Shown here in pieces: positions 20,415 to 29,217 of a DNA stretch of 64,000 nt. The notes beneath the pieces were generated by a model. The model searched no databases and had not been told where the DNA came from. It saw only the letters and a list, made by a program, of their open reading frames with translations. This DNA comes from a virus, in IMG/VR virus record IMGVR_UViG_3300030099_005362; one strand, given 5' to 3'. Positions within the stretch are counted from its first letter, which is position 1, and each line of letters opens with the position of its first letter. The position numbers were made by a program, and so were the translations under genes.

Positions 20415-20894
20415 TTAATCTAAGCAATTTTTTTGGCAAACTTTTATGGCTTTTTTTAGTCTTCTACGTGCAGTCTCTCTGCTATACCCATTAGACTTGC
20501 CAATTTCCACCATTGTCATGTTATGATAAAACCTTTTATCAATCACATCTTTTAGCTCTGGATCTAGGCCGGTAAGTATGTCAAACACTTCCATGCGTCC
20601 ACGGGTACTGATGTCAGTCTTGTCGAAATTTTCATCTCGATTGAATTCCATTCTTTTCTTCTTGAGTTTATTTTTAAAAGCAAAGCTAATCTGCTGATAG
20701 AGATATGAAGTGAACTTGGTGCCTCTATCGGCATCATATTTATCCATACATCTCCAAAGTGTTTGCATCTTAATTGACTCTATGTCGTCTGGGTCGATAG
20801 AGTTTTTGTATCTGTTCGCAACCTTGTTCATAATATTTTGAACGTCAGAGCTTTTCCAATAGTCTTCGTAAGTAGTGCAATTATCCATGATCAC
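20415..20894 (-). CDS. Phage-encoded sigma70-family sigma factor (regions 2+4)
   Basis: Region 2 LWRCMDKYDADRGTKFTSYLY; region 4 HTH MTMVEIG...SRETARR. Confidence 0.88.
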   Translation of the reverse strand: MIMDNCTTYEDYWKSSDVQNIMNKVANRYKNSIDPDDIESIKMQTLWRCMDKYDADRGTKFTSYLYQQISFAFKNKLKKKRMEFNRDENFDKTDISTRGRMEVFDILTGLDPELKDVIDKRFYHNMTMVEIGKSNGYSRETARRRLKKAIKVCQKNCLD

Positions 20895-21537
20895 CTCTCA
20901 AAATGATTCCGCCTAGTTTCTGTTTAGTTTCCAATAATTCATTCAATCCGTCTAGATAGGCTTGGTCTAGATGGTCTGAAACAATATAGTCAACCTTGCC
21001 AGTAGGAGCAACTAGTATAGACCAGTATTTCGTACTCTCAAGCTGTTCCTTAATTAAGTTTACTGTCGCTTGTGTTTGTTCGTCTGACAGTAATTCCTTT
21101 TCTGTATATCCGCATAACTTCTTTTCTATGTCTAGTCTAACCTCTTTAAAGCTAAAGAGCCTAGCTATTCCAATGAAGAAGCTGTATCTTCCTAATATCT
21201 TTAGTGCCTCAACACCCTTTACTTTAGATAACGTCTCTTTAACCCCATGCGTAACATCAAAATTAGTGCTGCCAAGCCAACAGTCCCATCTATCGGACGG
21301 TTTGAATGGCGAGTCTAGGTGGTACATACCCATCGGCGTGTGTAGTATTTTGGGTTGTTGATCAATGAGTCCCGCAAATGGGAGTATTTGCATTTCGCCA
21401 GTTTCCTGCATTTCGCCAAGCTCGTTCTGTAGCTCTTCTAAAAGCAGTTCTTCTGTGCCTATTTGTTCATCTACAATAGCATTCCAGCTTTTCCAGCAAA
21501 TCTTCTTACGTGATTTGAGATTGTATTCATCGAACAT
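20881..21537 (-). CDS. Hypothetical protein
   Basis: GGAGG RBS; ORF tiled within the operon. Confidence 0.65.
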   Translation of the reverse strand: MFDEYNLKSRKKICWKSWNAIVDEQIGTEELLLEELQNELGEMQETGEMQILPFAGLIDQQPKILHTPMGMYHLDSPFKPSDRWDCWLGSTNFDVTHGVKETLSKVKGVEALKILGRYSFFIGIARLFSFKEVRLDIEKKLCGYTEKELLSDEQTQATVNLIKEQLESTKYWSILVAPTGKVDYIVSDHLDQAYLDGLNELLETKQKLGGIILRGDHG

Positions 21538-21548
21538 ATATTCCTCCC

Positions 21549-21896
21549 TTAAATGCTGGTTATTTTATCAGGAGGCACGACCACTGAATCACCTTTACTG
21601 TCAATCGACGCATACTTGTATATTATATTCTCTATTGCCATAAAGTCGGTCTCCGCATTATTTAATACGCATTGGTTCTTAATTTCTTCAAATATTTTAT
21701 TGCCCAAATCATCAATAAGCAGCTTGTAAAATATAGAAGCAACACCCAACAATCCGTCGTCTGTTGGCTCCCAGTCACAATTATATACTATCTCTCCCTC
21801 TTTGTCAACCAGTATAGTCAATTTTGCTGAGAAATCTTGTTCGCTAGAACTGTTGTTGCTGGAGACATCTTGGTCTTTGTGAGAGTCCTCTGTCAT
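21549..21896 (-). CDS. Hypothetical acidic protein
   Basis: ORF tiled within the operon. Confidence 0.6.
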   Translation of the reverse strand: MTEDSHKDQDVSSNNSSSEQDFSAKLTILVDKEGEIVYNCDWEPTDDGLLGVASIFYKLLIDDLGNKIFEEIKNQCVLNNAETDFMAIENIIYKYASIDSKGDSVVVPPDKITSI

Positions 21897-22233
21897 AAAA
21901 TTCTTCCAAGTCCTGTAAAAGGTAAGGTTTAGTTAGTCTGTATCCTTCTTTAACGCCTAGAGTGCCCTCTGGTACTAATACTGAGTATAAAGCTTCGCAC
22001 TCGGTAGAACCACGTTCATGTCTAATGTCAGACAAGAGCGGGGATGCCCAGTCACAATTCAGACTACAACAAGACTCATAAAGCTCTTGTATGGTTTCTG
22101 GTATTGTTTTGGTAGACACATATTTACTAGGAAACCCCCCATCGTCACGCACGACGATATCTAAAAAGTCAGGTGCTAATGGACTAAAACTAGAATCTGC
22201 CTGCATCATTAGTAGCGTTATCTTAAACTTCAT
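21844..22233 (-). CDS. Hypothetical protein
   Basis: ORF tiled within the operon. Confidence 0.55.
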   Translation of the reverse strand: MKFKITLLMMQADSSFSPLAPDFLDIVVRDDGGFPSKYVSTKTIPETIQELYESCCSLNCDWASPLLSDIRHERGSTECEALYSVLVPEGTLGVKEGYRLTKPYLLQDLEEFYDRGLSQRPRCLQQQQF

Positions 22234-22240
22234 AGATTAT

Positions 22241-22480
22241 CTAGTTGCCTTCCTGTGACTCGTCTTGGCTAACTTGTTCTTTTTGATTGGCCTGAACTTG
22301 ACTCTGAAGCCTGTTCAATGTTTCTACTTCTGCAATTTTCCTAGTGTACGTTGCAACGGCCACAGCCAGTCTATCGACGGAACCTTTTTTTGTTGGTTCT
22401 GCTAGTACCGAATTTATCTCAAACGCAGCCACATCAATTTCTGATCTTAGTTCGCTTTTTAAAACGTTAATAATATCCAT
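22241..22480 (-). CDS. Hypothetical helical protein
   Basis: AGGA RBS, ORF tiled within the operon. Confidence 0.55.
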   Translation of the reverse strand: MDIINVLKSELRSEIDVAAFEINSVLAEPTKKGSVDRLAVAVATYTRKIAEVETLNRLQSQVQANQKEQVSQDESQEGN

Positions 22481-22535
22481 CTTTTTTCCTTAAAGGAGGG
22501 GCGTCTCAGGGACACCCCTTATTTAAAACATTCTC

Positions 22536-22676
22536 TTAGAATAAAAATCTTGACCACCAGCCCTGAGCGGCACCCAAGAAATAAAGACCTACAAGCACTC
22601 CTCCCACTACCGCAGCACGTCTAATAAGCTTGTGCTTTCTTATAAAAGTACCGATTGGCCCCTTAAAAAGTGGCAT
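22536..22676 (-). CDS. 46-aa basic single-TM protein (not in ORF track)
   Basis: MPLFKGPIGTFIRKHKLIRRAAVVGGVLVGLYFLGAAQGWWSRFLF; AGGGGG RBS. Confidence 0.6.
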   Translation of the reverse strand: MPLFKGPIGTFIRKHKLIRRAAVVGGVLVGLYFLGAAQGWWSRFLF

Positions 22677-22697
22677 AAAACCCCCTTATGGTTATTG

Positions 22698-23147
22698 TTA
22701 CCTAAAACACCAAGACAGGCCATCGAAATGGCTTGCCAACTTTTCTTTTTCTTCCTTTGTTATAGTATGGTTTTCTGTTCCGATTATGCCAGACATTAAT
22801 CCAACTAAACCGCTAGAAAGACCTTCGTATTTGCCCCTTAGTCTTCCTTTGAAAAACGTTTTACCAGCCTCAGTATAGATGTCATTTATCTGTTGAGCAT
22901 CAACCGAGTAATCCTTAAGCCTCTCCGAAAAAACCTTATTGAAAGCAAACATATCCGCCCTGTCTTTACTATCGGTAACTTTGTCGGCTATACTTGAGAC
23001 TCTCTCTAAAATTTCTTCGCTTGGTTCAACAACATTGTTGTCGTCAGGTTTAGGAGTAAAATCAGGAATCCTTTCCTGAATTACAGGCAAAAAAACTGCC
23101 GCAAGAATGAGAACCGCACCCAAGATTAATCTTGTTTTATTCGACAT
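22698..23147 (-). CDS. Membrane-anchored/exported protein
   Basis: N-terminal hydrophobic helix; AGGAG RBS. Confidence 0.65.
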   Translation of the reverse strand: MSNKTRLILGAVLILAAVFLPVIQERIPDFTPKPDDNNVVEPSEEILERVSSIADKVTDSKDRADMFAFNKVFSERLKDYSVDAQQINDIYTEAGKTFFKGRLRGKYEGLSSGLVGLMSGIIGTENHTITKEEKEKLASHFDGLSWCFR

Positions 23148-23155
23148 AATTGCTC

Positions 23156-23452
23156 CTAATCGGTTTCGTTGCTTGCTAATTTCTCAGTTTTCTTCTTTTT
23201 GCATAGAAGAGGAAAAACCTCTTCAAGTTTTAATGATGCCTGTTCTAGACCTAAGTCCTCGCACGCATCACACAGATTCTCCCACTTGAGAACTATGTCT
23301 GTTATAGTATTATCGGGTATAGAGCCGATATCCTTTACTTTGTTTTCCTCTTTATTTGAGAAAAGCTCCATAACGACTGGGGCCACCAATAGGAGACCCA
23401 TGCCCATCAATACTAACTGTAGTGGATTTAAGTCACTCAGAAATTGAAGCAT
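23156..23452 (-). CDS. Single-TM membrane protein
   Basis: N-terminal TM helix. Confidence 0.6.
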   Translation of the reverse strand: MLQFLSDLNPLQLVLMGMGLLLVAPVVMELFSNKEENKVKDIGSIPDNTITDIVLKWENLCDACEDLGLEQASLKLEEVFPLLCKKKKTEKLASNETD

Positions 23453-23464
23453 TTTAAATCCTTA

Positions 23465-23653
23465 TTATTTTGTTTCTCGAACGGTGTCACCGATAACCCA
23501 AGCTACAACGATGGTTACAACACCAACGATTTGCTCCGTGTCAAGAGTGAGCCCGAAAAGTTCAGACGATACGACACCAGCCAAACCAACAGCCGACACC
23601 CAGAATCTACGTGATTTAAGTAAAGATTTTACCTTATCCATTTTACTCTCCAA
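23465..23653 (-). CDS. Two-TM holin-like protein
   Basis: LKSRRFW followed by two TM helices, typical of small phage holins; tandem Met starts. Confidence 0.55.
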   Translation of the reverse strand: MESKMDKVKSLLKSRRFWVSAVGLAGVVSSELFGLTLDTEQIVGVVTIVVAWVIGDTVRETK

Positions 23654-23675
23654 TTAAAAGTTTAACAAAACATAA

Positions 23676-24083
23676 TTATCTAAAAATAGGGAATAATAAC
23701 CCCCTACTCCTAGTTACTTCTTTATTTTTACATTGACACGAGCACCCCTTTTTATTGCATCCACAGTCACAAGCTTCATTGTTGTTTTTTGCTGAGTGAT
23801 ATGGACACGGGGTAACGTGACCGTCTCCTTGTATTATTTTTCCAGTGCCCTTACATACGCACTTTTCAGGATCCGGATCTGGCCCCAAAGGCGTATCATC
23901 TGGAACCGGAGTCTTTCCAAGTACCTTTGCCTCTGCTAAAGCAAATGACTTGTTAGCCTCTATCATTATACTCTCTATGTCGTAATTTGTCAAGTCTTTT
24001 TTTGAATTTTCTGGGTTAATATTGAAGTAAAAGAGTGCAACTACAACAACAAGCCCTACAATCGCCCTTTGTTTGAAATTCAT
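23676..24083 (-). CDS. Membrane-anchored Cys-rich protein
   Basis: N-terminal TM; CVCKGTG..CPYH (DnaJ-type Zn repeat-like) and CDCGC..CSCQC. Confidence 0.6.
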   Translation of the reverse strand: MNFKQRAIVGLVVVVALFYFNINPENSKKDLTNYDIESIMIEANKSFALAEAKVLGKTPVPDDTPLGPDPDPEKCVCKGTGKIIQGDGHVTPCPYHSAKNNNEACDCGCNKKGCSCQCKNKEVTRSRGLLFPIFR

Positions 24084-25003
24084 TAGAATACCTCGTCTAT
24101 TGTCCAGTCTATTTTTCTAGCGGGGAATCCATCTACGTTGCTGAATACCCAAGCACCTCCGCCAGACAACATGCCTCTTGCATCCTTTTCTCGTATCCAA
24201 AAGCTGCCCTCTGGCTGATCGTGTTTCTTGGGGCCGGAGTTCCAAATTCCCCAACTATTTTGAACTAGAAAAAGTGTTTCGTTTAGAGTTTTGCGAGAAT
24301 CATCGCAAGCGATCCAAGCCATAGCATGACTCCACCTGCCAGAACGTTTGGCGATGCCGTTAGCATCCCTACGAGAACTGAAGCCATACCCACTACATAC
24401 ACTAAGTGCATAGCCATTAGCAAGGGCGTCTCTAGCTTCTTCAACTGTTCTGACGTTAGATATTGTTTTGACCTGATGCTTTTTAGCTTCCGTAGTATAT
24501 ACATCTTTTGGTATTCTCTTTTTTGCACCTAGTGACGAGTTGTAAACTGAAAGATCAACATCTCCGTAGTCTTTTCTTAGGAGTATGCCTCCCGTTTGAT
24601 GAACATATCTAGCCGCACCACTACATGTCATTCCTTGTCCGTTGTGACTTCTGGATTGATATATAGCTTCTGTAGCACCACGAGCGACAAAATCTTCTCT
24701 TTCTGACTTAACATCTATTTCCACAGATCTGGTTATATCTACAGCGTTTCTTGTGGAGTGGGATACGCAGTCTCCCGTCGTCTGTCTCTCCGATGGCCCA
24801 AAAGACGGATCGAACTTTAATAGGCTTTTGAAGGGGAGACTTAGTTTGCCTTCACCAGAACCACATAGATCGTAGGCGGCTGCACCAAAAACAGGCATGG
24901 GAAGCTCTCCCATAAGTTTTTTCACATCTTCTTCGTCGCAGACCGCACCAATAAACCCGTCGCGATACTTATTTAGTATTCTTCTTGGTGTACTAAAGTC
25001 CAT
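24083..25003 (-). CDS. Papain-like (C1) cysteine peptidase
   Basis: QTTGDC, HAMAWI, QNSWG catalytic motifs. Confidence 0.85.
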   Translation of the reverse strand: MDFSTPRRILNKYRDGFIGAVCDEEDVKKLMGELPMPVFGAAAYDLCGSGEGKLSLPFKSLLKFDPSFGPSERQTTGDCVSHSTRNAVDITRSVEIDVKSEREDFVARGATEAIYQSRSHNGQGMTCSGAARYVHQTGGILLRKDYGDVDLSVYNSSLGAKKRIPKDVYTTEAKKHQVKTISNVRTVEEARDALANGYALSVCSGYGFSSRRDANGIAKRSGRWSHAMAWIACDDSRKTLNETLFLVQNSWGIWNSGPKKHDQPEGSFWIREKDARGMLSGGGAWVFSNVDGFPARKIDWTIDEVF

Positions 25004-26063
25004 TTACTAGCTCCTTAGTTGAGTTTTGCCAACTAAATTTTTTGGCAGTTTCTATACCATCAGGATTATAAAGCGAACCAGTCTCTTGTTTTTCTCTATG
25101 TACAGATCTCATGTGCTGTACTAGCTGTTCTTTAGGGGACTCTGATAACTCTGCCCATCTTCCATATTCACCAGAAAAGAAAATTCCGTCTTGTGCCTGT
25201 TCTAGGTTATCTACATTTATTAATAGAGAGTTGTCTTGGTTGCAGAACTCGGTATGTGCCGAGTAATTTGTAGTAATAACCTTTTTACCACAGGCCATCA
25301 TTTCTAGCAGCTCTAGGTTCCAGCCTTCAGCTCTCGCCGGAAAAACACCACAGTCGCTTTGACGCATAATAGTATACACATCTTTATGGGATGCTTGTCT
25401 AGGAATTATCCTTATCTTACTGCCTAAAGGGGAATTTTTGTAAAGATCTGCCCACGCTTGGTTTTGATTGCCTATAAAGGGGTTTTCACACATCATCCAC
25501 AATTCTACATCGTCATTGTGCTCAAATGCCAGATTAAAACACTCTAAAAGTATGTCGTGCCCTTTTCTCTTTTCCCATTTGCCGCAGTTAAAGAATATGG
25601 TCTTCGGGCGATTAGATATAAATGGCTGAAACACATCCGTGTCTACGCCAAGTGGAACCACATGGACACGCCCATCGTCAAAGAAGTGTCCGATCATCTG
25701 GTCTAAGATTATACTTTTTGCCCACTCAGAACAGACAAAAATCTTATCACAATGACTAAGGCTTAGCTTTTCTTCCTCGCTGAATTCGTCCAGCTCAAAT
25801 ATGGGAAACCCTATATGTTCCCCATGTCCCACAAATTGAAATAGGTCATTTTGATGCCATATTTTAACACATGGCTTTATGGTCATGTCGTCTCGGTTCT
25901 TTAGTCCGGTCTCGATATCTGAATCAATAAACTCTGGTTTTCCGATTGGGTACAGGGCAGTGGTGCGGTATTCCGCTAATAAGTTTTTAAATAAATTATA
26001 TCCCGCTACCCCGTAGCCCAAACTGTTTATGGGTGTAATCAGATTTATCAATTTTGTTTCCAA
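24993..26063 (-). CDS. Glycosyltransferase family 4 (GT-B)
   Basis: GYG, VPLGVD, GKWEKRKG, EGWNLELLEMMACG. Confidence 0.9.
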   Translation of the reverse strand: METKLINLITPINSLGYGVAGYNLFKNLLAEYRTTALYPIGKPEFIDSDIETGLKNRDDMTIKPCVKIWHQNDLFQFVGHGEHIGFPIFELDEFSEEEKLSLSHCDKIFVCSEWAKSIILDQMIGHFFDDGRVHVVPLGVDTDVFQPFISNRPKTIFFNCGKWEKRKGHDILLECFNLAFEHNDDVELWMMCENPFIGNQNQAWADLYKNSPLGSKIRIIPRQASHKDVYTIMRQSDCGVFPARAEGWNLELLEMMACGKKVITTNYSAHTEFCNQDNSLLINVDNLEQAQDGIFFSGEYGRWAELSESPKEQLVQHMRSVHREKQETGSLYNPDGIETAKKFSWQNSTKELVNGL

Positions 26064-26131
26064 TCTAGAATATGTAATCCGCTTTTTTTATATCAGAAAA
26101 GCGGCTTATAAAAACTGATTAATATATAGTC

Positions 26132-26158
26132 TATCGTCACTCAGACTTCTGCACATTA
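26132..26158 (-). promoter_or_regulatory. Possible sigma28-type-only promoter TAATG-N17-CGATA
   Basis: Same spacing as the nested motif elsewhere, but without TTGACA. Confidence 0.35.
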
Positions 26159-26548
26159 AAACCTAAAATGAAAGAAAAAACCTTGAAAGGGTGCTGGGTA
26201 AACTGGCACCGGCTGAGGTTGAATAATCACCGGAGGATAATAAGACGGAACTCTATAGTATCTAAAGTATGGATTTACAGGTCTGTAGTAATAGTCATAG
26301 AAACCAAAACCATGTTTAGTTTCGATCCTTGGTTGCTGTGGCTGAGTCTGGGGTCTCTGCCACTGTTGCTTTCCGGGAATCTGTGGTCTTGTTACGGGTG
26401 GTCGTGTAAAATCTCTAGGTACGCTCTTTACAGTCGGAGGCTTGATAACCTTGCGTTCGGGCTGCTCTGCTTCGGCTGACAAAGGAACAAACAAGAGACA
26501 TAGTATTGATGCTAAATATTTCATTATGACACCTCGCAGTCTGGACAC
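26156..26548 (-). CDS. Exported Pro/Tyr-rich protein
   Basis: Signal peptide MKYLASILCLLFVPLSAEA; P/Y/Q-rich body. Confidence 0.6.
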   Translation of the reverse strand: MSRLRGVIMKYLASILCLLFVPLSAEAEQPERKVIKPPTVKSVPRDFTRPPVTRPQIPGKQQWQRPQTQPQQPRIETKHGFGFYDYYYRPVNPYFRYYRVPSYYPPVIIQPQPVPVYPAPFQGFFFHFRF

Positions 26549-26718
26549 TCACAAGCGTCTTGACATATACACTCTTGAACTGGGCATGGGCATTCGTTTT
26601 CGCATATATCACAAATCACAGGATTCTCCTTTGTAAACATGTTTTTTACTTCGTCTTTATTGATAAATAGGATTGCACCCACAATCAATACAGCTAAAAA
26701 GGGTATTTTAAACTTCAT
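26524..26718 (-). CDS. Small exported Cys-rich (metallothionein-like) protein
   Basis: Signal/TM followed by 9 Cys in about 27 aa. Confidence 0.6.
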   Translation of the reverse strand: MKFKIPFLAVLIVGAILFINKDEVKNMFTKENPVICDICENECPCPVQECICQDACECPDCEVS

Positions 26719-26729
26719 GATAGTTATCC

Positions 26730-27986
26730 TTATATAATAATGTCTGTTAAAACTTTGCCGCCGTCTACGATTTCGATAGGTCTTTCGCCCGGAGCCATTA
26801 GCTCTTTATCGGCAACTATTCCCAATCTATTGTAGATGGTAGCGGCCCAGTCCTCTATGTTGACTGGATTTTGGTCTGGCTCACTAGCAGTGGCGTTTGA
26901 GGTTCCATATGTCATTCCTCCCTTGATTCCACCACCAGCAAGCACCGTACTAAATACCTTTGGCCAGTGGTCTCTTCCTGCACGATTATTAATTTTCGGC
27001 GTTCTTCCAAATTCAGAAACAACACAAACCAAGGTGGAATCCAGTAGGCCACGCTGGTCTAGGTCTTCGATAAGACTTGCAAACCCCTGATCGAAAGCTG
27101 GTAGCTGGCTATTCATACCATTGGCTATGTTGTCGTGCATGTCCCATCCGCCATAGGTAAGAGTAACAAAACGTGTTCCAAACTCAACCAGTCTTCGGGC
27201 AAGAAGCATTCTGGCACCCGCAGTATTTCTGCCGTACTTGTCTCTTGTCTGTGCCGATTCTTTCTCTATATCAAAAGCGTCCTTTGCATTTTGATCTCCT
27301 ATCAAGCTATATGCACGCTCATAAAAAGAGTTCATCGCCTTTACAGAGTCGGCGTTCTGCTTTTTGTTAAAGTTGGTATTTACTACATTAAGTACACGCT
27401 GTCTTCTTGCAAACCTTTCATCTGGAACCGGAAGTTTCAGATCTCTAACTTGGAAGTCGTTACTGGCAGGATCAGACCCTAAACCAAACCCAGAATATGA
27501 GCTACTTAAATATCCAGTACCTGCAAATTCGTTAGGCTGGTTGGGGATACAGACATACGGAGGAAGGTTTTTGCGAGGCCCAAACTCATGTGCAACCACT
27601 GAACCCATTGATGGGTATTGAAGGGCTGGGCTAGGTCTATAACCAGTAAACATATTGTGTGTGCCACGCTCATGAGCAGCTTCTCCGTGGGTTAGACTTT
27701 TTATAATCGTTAACTTGTCTGTAATCTTAGCGGTTTTCTTCAAAAGCTCGCCCACACGGATACCCGGAGCGACCGTGTCTATGCTGCCCAACGGGCCACG
27801 ATACTCAAGAGGAGCGAATGGCTTAGGATCCCATGTTTCCTGATGAGCCATTCCTCCCGGTAAGTATATAAAAATTATGCTTTTTGCTGGGCCTTCCACG
27901 CTTTCGTAGTGCTTCTGATCGGCCATAGCCAGTGAAGCACCAAAGCTACCTAAAATACCAGCGTGTAAAAAAGATCTTCTATCCAT
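26730..27986 (-). CDS. DUF1501 protein 1 (Tat substrate); start moved to MDRRSFL
   Basis: RRSFL, GGMAHQETWDPKP, ARRLVE, GGWDMH, SEFGRTP, GRDHW. Confidence 0.92.
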   Translation of the reverse strand: MDRRSFLHAGILGSFGASLAMADQKHYESVEGPAKSIIFIYLPGGMAHQETWDPKPFAPLEYRGPLGSIDTVAPGIRVGELLKKTAKITDKLTIIKSLTHGEAAHERGTHNMFTGYRPSPALQYPSMGSVVAHEFGPRKNLPPYVCIPNQPNEFAGTGYLSSSYSGFGLGSDPASNDFQVRDLKLPVPDERFARRQRVLNVVNTNFNKKQNADSVKAMNSFYERAYSLIGDQNAKDAFDIEKESAQTRDKYGRNTAGARMLLARRLVEFGTRFVTLTYGGWDMHDNIANGMNSQLPAFDQGFASLIEDLDQRGLLDSTLVCVVSEFGRTPKINNRAGRDHWPKVFSTVLAGGGIKGGMTYGTSNATASEPDQNPVNIEDWAATIYNRLGIVADKELMAPGERPIEIVDGGKVLTDIII

Positions 27987-27996
27987 TACTATTTCC

Positions 27997-29199
27997 TTAC
28001 CACATTCTACAAGACCAGTATCGTGCTTTCCATTTAGGCCCCGGGGCCGTGTCGCACTTATGTCTTGCCCTAAAACTTTTTCTTCTTTCGGGATTGTCTC
28101 TTTTGATCTCCATATTAGGATCACCAAAACGAACTATAACAACTTTTCCAGAACCGTTTTTGGTATAGACAGCAAACTTCTTTGGGCCATCTGGAGTTCT
28201 GAATGGTTTATTTAATGTGACCTTCCTGCCTTGATACTCTGCGGATTTACCTTTGTATAAAAGCGGAGTGCCGTCCTTTTTGTAGTTACCTTTTCTATTA
28301 TAGCTAAATCTTTCACCCGTTTTTGGATTTTCATATACATAAGCCGCCTTGGATTTTTTAGGATGTCCCTTTGGCAGGAGGTCATTGTCCTGTGTATAGG
28401 CCGAGTTTGAGGGCTTGCCAGTTCTGAGCAAAGTAAGAAAAGCGTTTACTCTAGCCATAGCCCATCCATCTCTAGACATTTTTGGTGCGTGGCTTGTTGA
28501 GTAGGCTCCGGCACCCCTACGATACACAGCCTTAAGCATACCAAGAGTAGCCTTTGATCCTTTGCCTTTGGCGTTATGCTCTTTTACTTTTTTAGAAAGT
28601 CTTTCAGTAGTCTTCTTGCTGAACGTAATCTTGCCACTAGGGTTCTTGGCACTGTCTGGCTTGTTTTTCTTAGATCCCCTTTTCTGATCTTTTTTGGGGG
28701 CTGGTGTTCTACGTGGGTCTCCCTTTGGCGGCTTGTCAGCGTTCGCCTCTTCAGCATAAGATGGAGGGCCAAGTTTCTTTTGTTTCTTCGGCCCCTGTGC
28801 TTTCTTTAATTCTTCTGGGCTTGGTCTACCCTCTTTTTCGGTTTTGGCTGGCCTGTAGTCGTCGCCTTCTCTCTGCTTCTTTTTACGAATGTTTTCCCAT
28901 AGCCCCGGTTTAGCCACGGAAATATCCCACTCTTCAGTGCTTTCCTGAAAGTCTACATAATCAGCCTCTGCGGGTACGTAGAAGTTGTCTTCATTTATAT
29001 CTTCTGTATATCCAAATGTTTCTATGTTGTATTGCATATCGACAGAAGCCGATGTTGACAGCCCTTCAAGAGCCTTAGACATACAGACCGCTGTTCTTTG
29101 TTTTCCGTCTGGAAACTCTTTTGACACCTTGTTGTCTGACATACATCTAGACATAAAGTTTTCTCTAGACTCGTCTTCTCTTCTGGAAGGCAGTGGCAT
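27997..29199 (-). CDS. Basic multi-module phage protein (DUF6321-like C-terminus)
   Basis: Modules FMSRCM, PGLWENIRKK, VYRRGAGAY..WAMARVN, RFGDP..RRKSFRARHKC..ARYWSCRMW. Confidence 0.7.
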   Translation of the reverse strand: MPLPSRREDESRENFMSRCMSDNKVSKEFPDGKQRTAVCMSKALEGLSTSASVDMQYNIETFGYTEDINEDNFYVPAEADYVDFQESTEEWDISVAKPGLWENIRKKKQREGDDYRPAKTEKEGRPSPEELKKAQGPKKQKKLGPPSYAEEANADKPPKGDPRRTPAPKKDQKRGSKKNKPDSAKNPSGKITFSKKTTERLSKKVKEHNAKGKGSKATLGMLKAVYRRGAGAYSTSHAPKMSRDGWAMARVNAFLTLLRTGKPSNSAYTQDNDLLPKGHPKKSKAAYVYENPKTGERFSYNRKGNYKKDGTPLLYKGKSAEYQGRKVTLNKPFRTPDGPKKFAVYTKNGSGKVVIVRFGDPNMEIKRDNPERRKSFRARHKCDTAPGPKWKARYWSCRMW

Positions 29200-29217
29200 T
29201 TTAATCTCCTGTTTTTT

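Noticed and set aside
27987-28127. N-terminal extension of DUF1501-1
   Set aside because: Overlaps the upstream gene; the Tat signal begins at 27986
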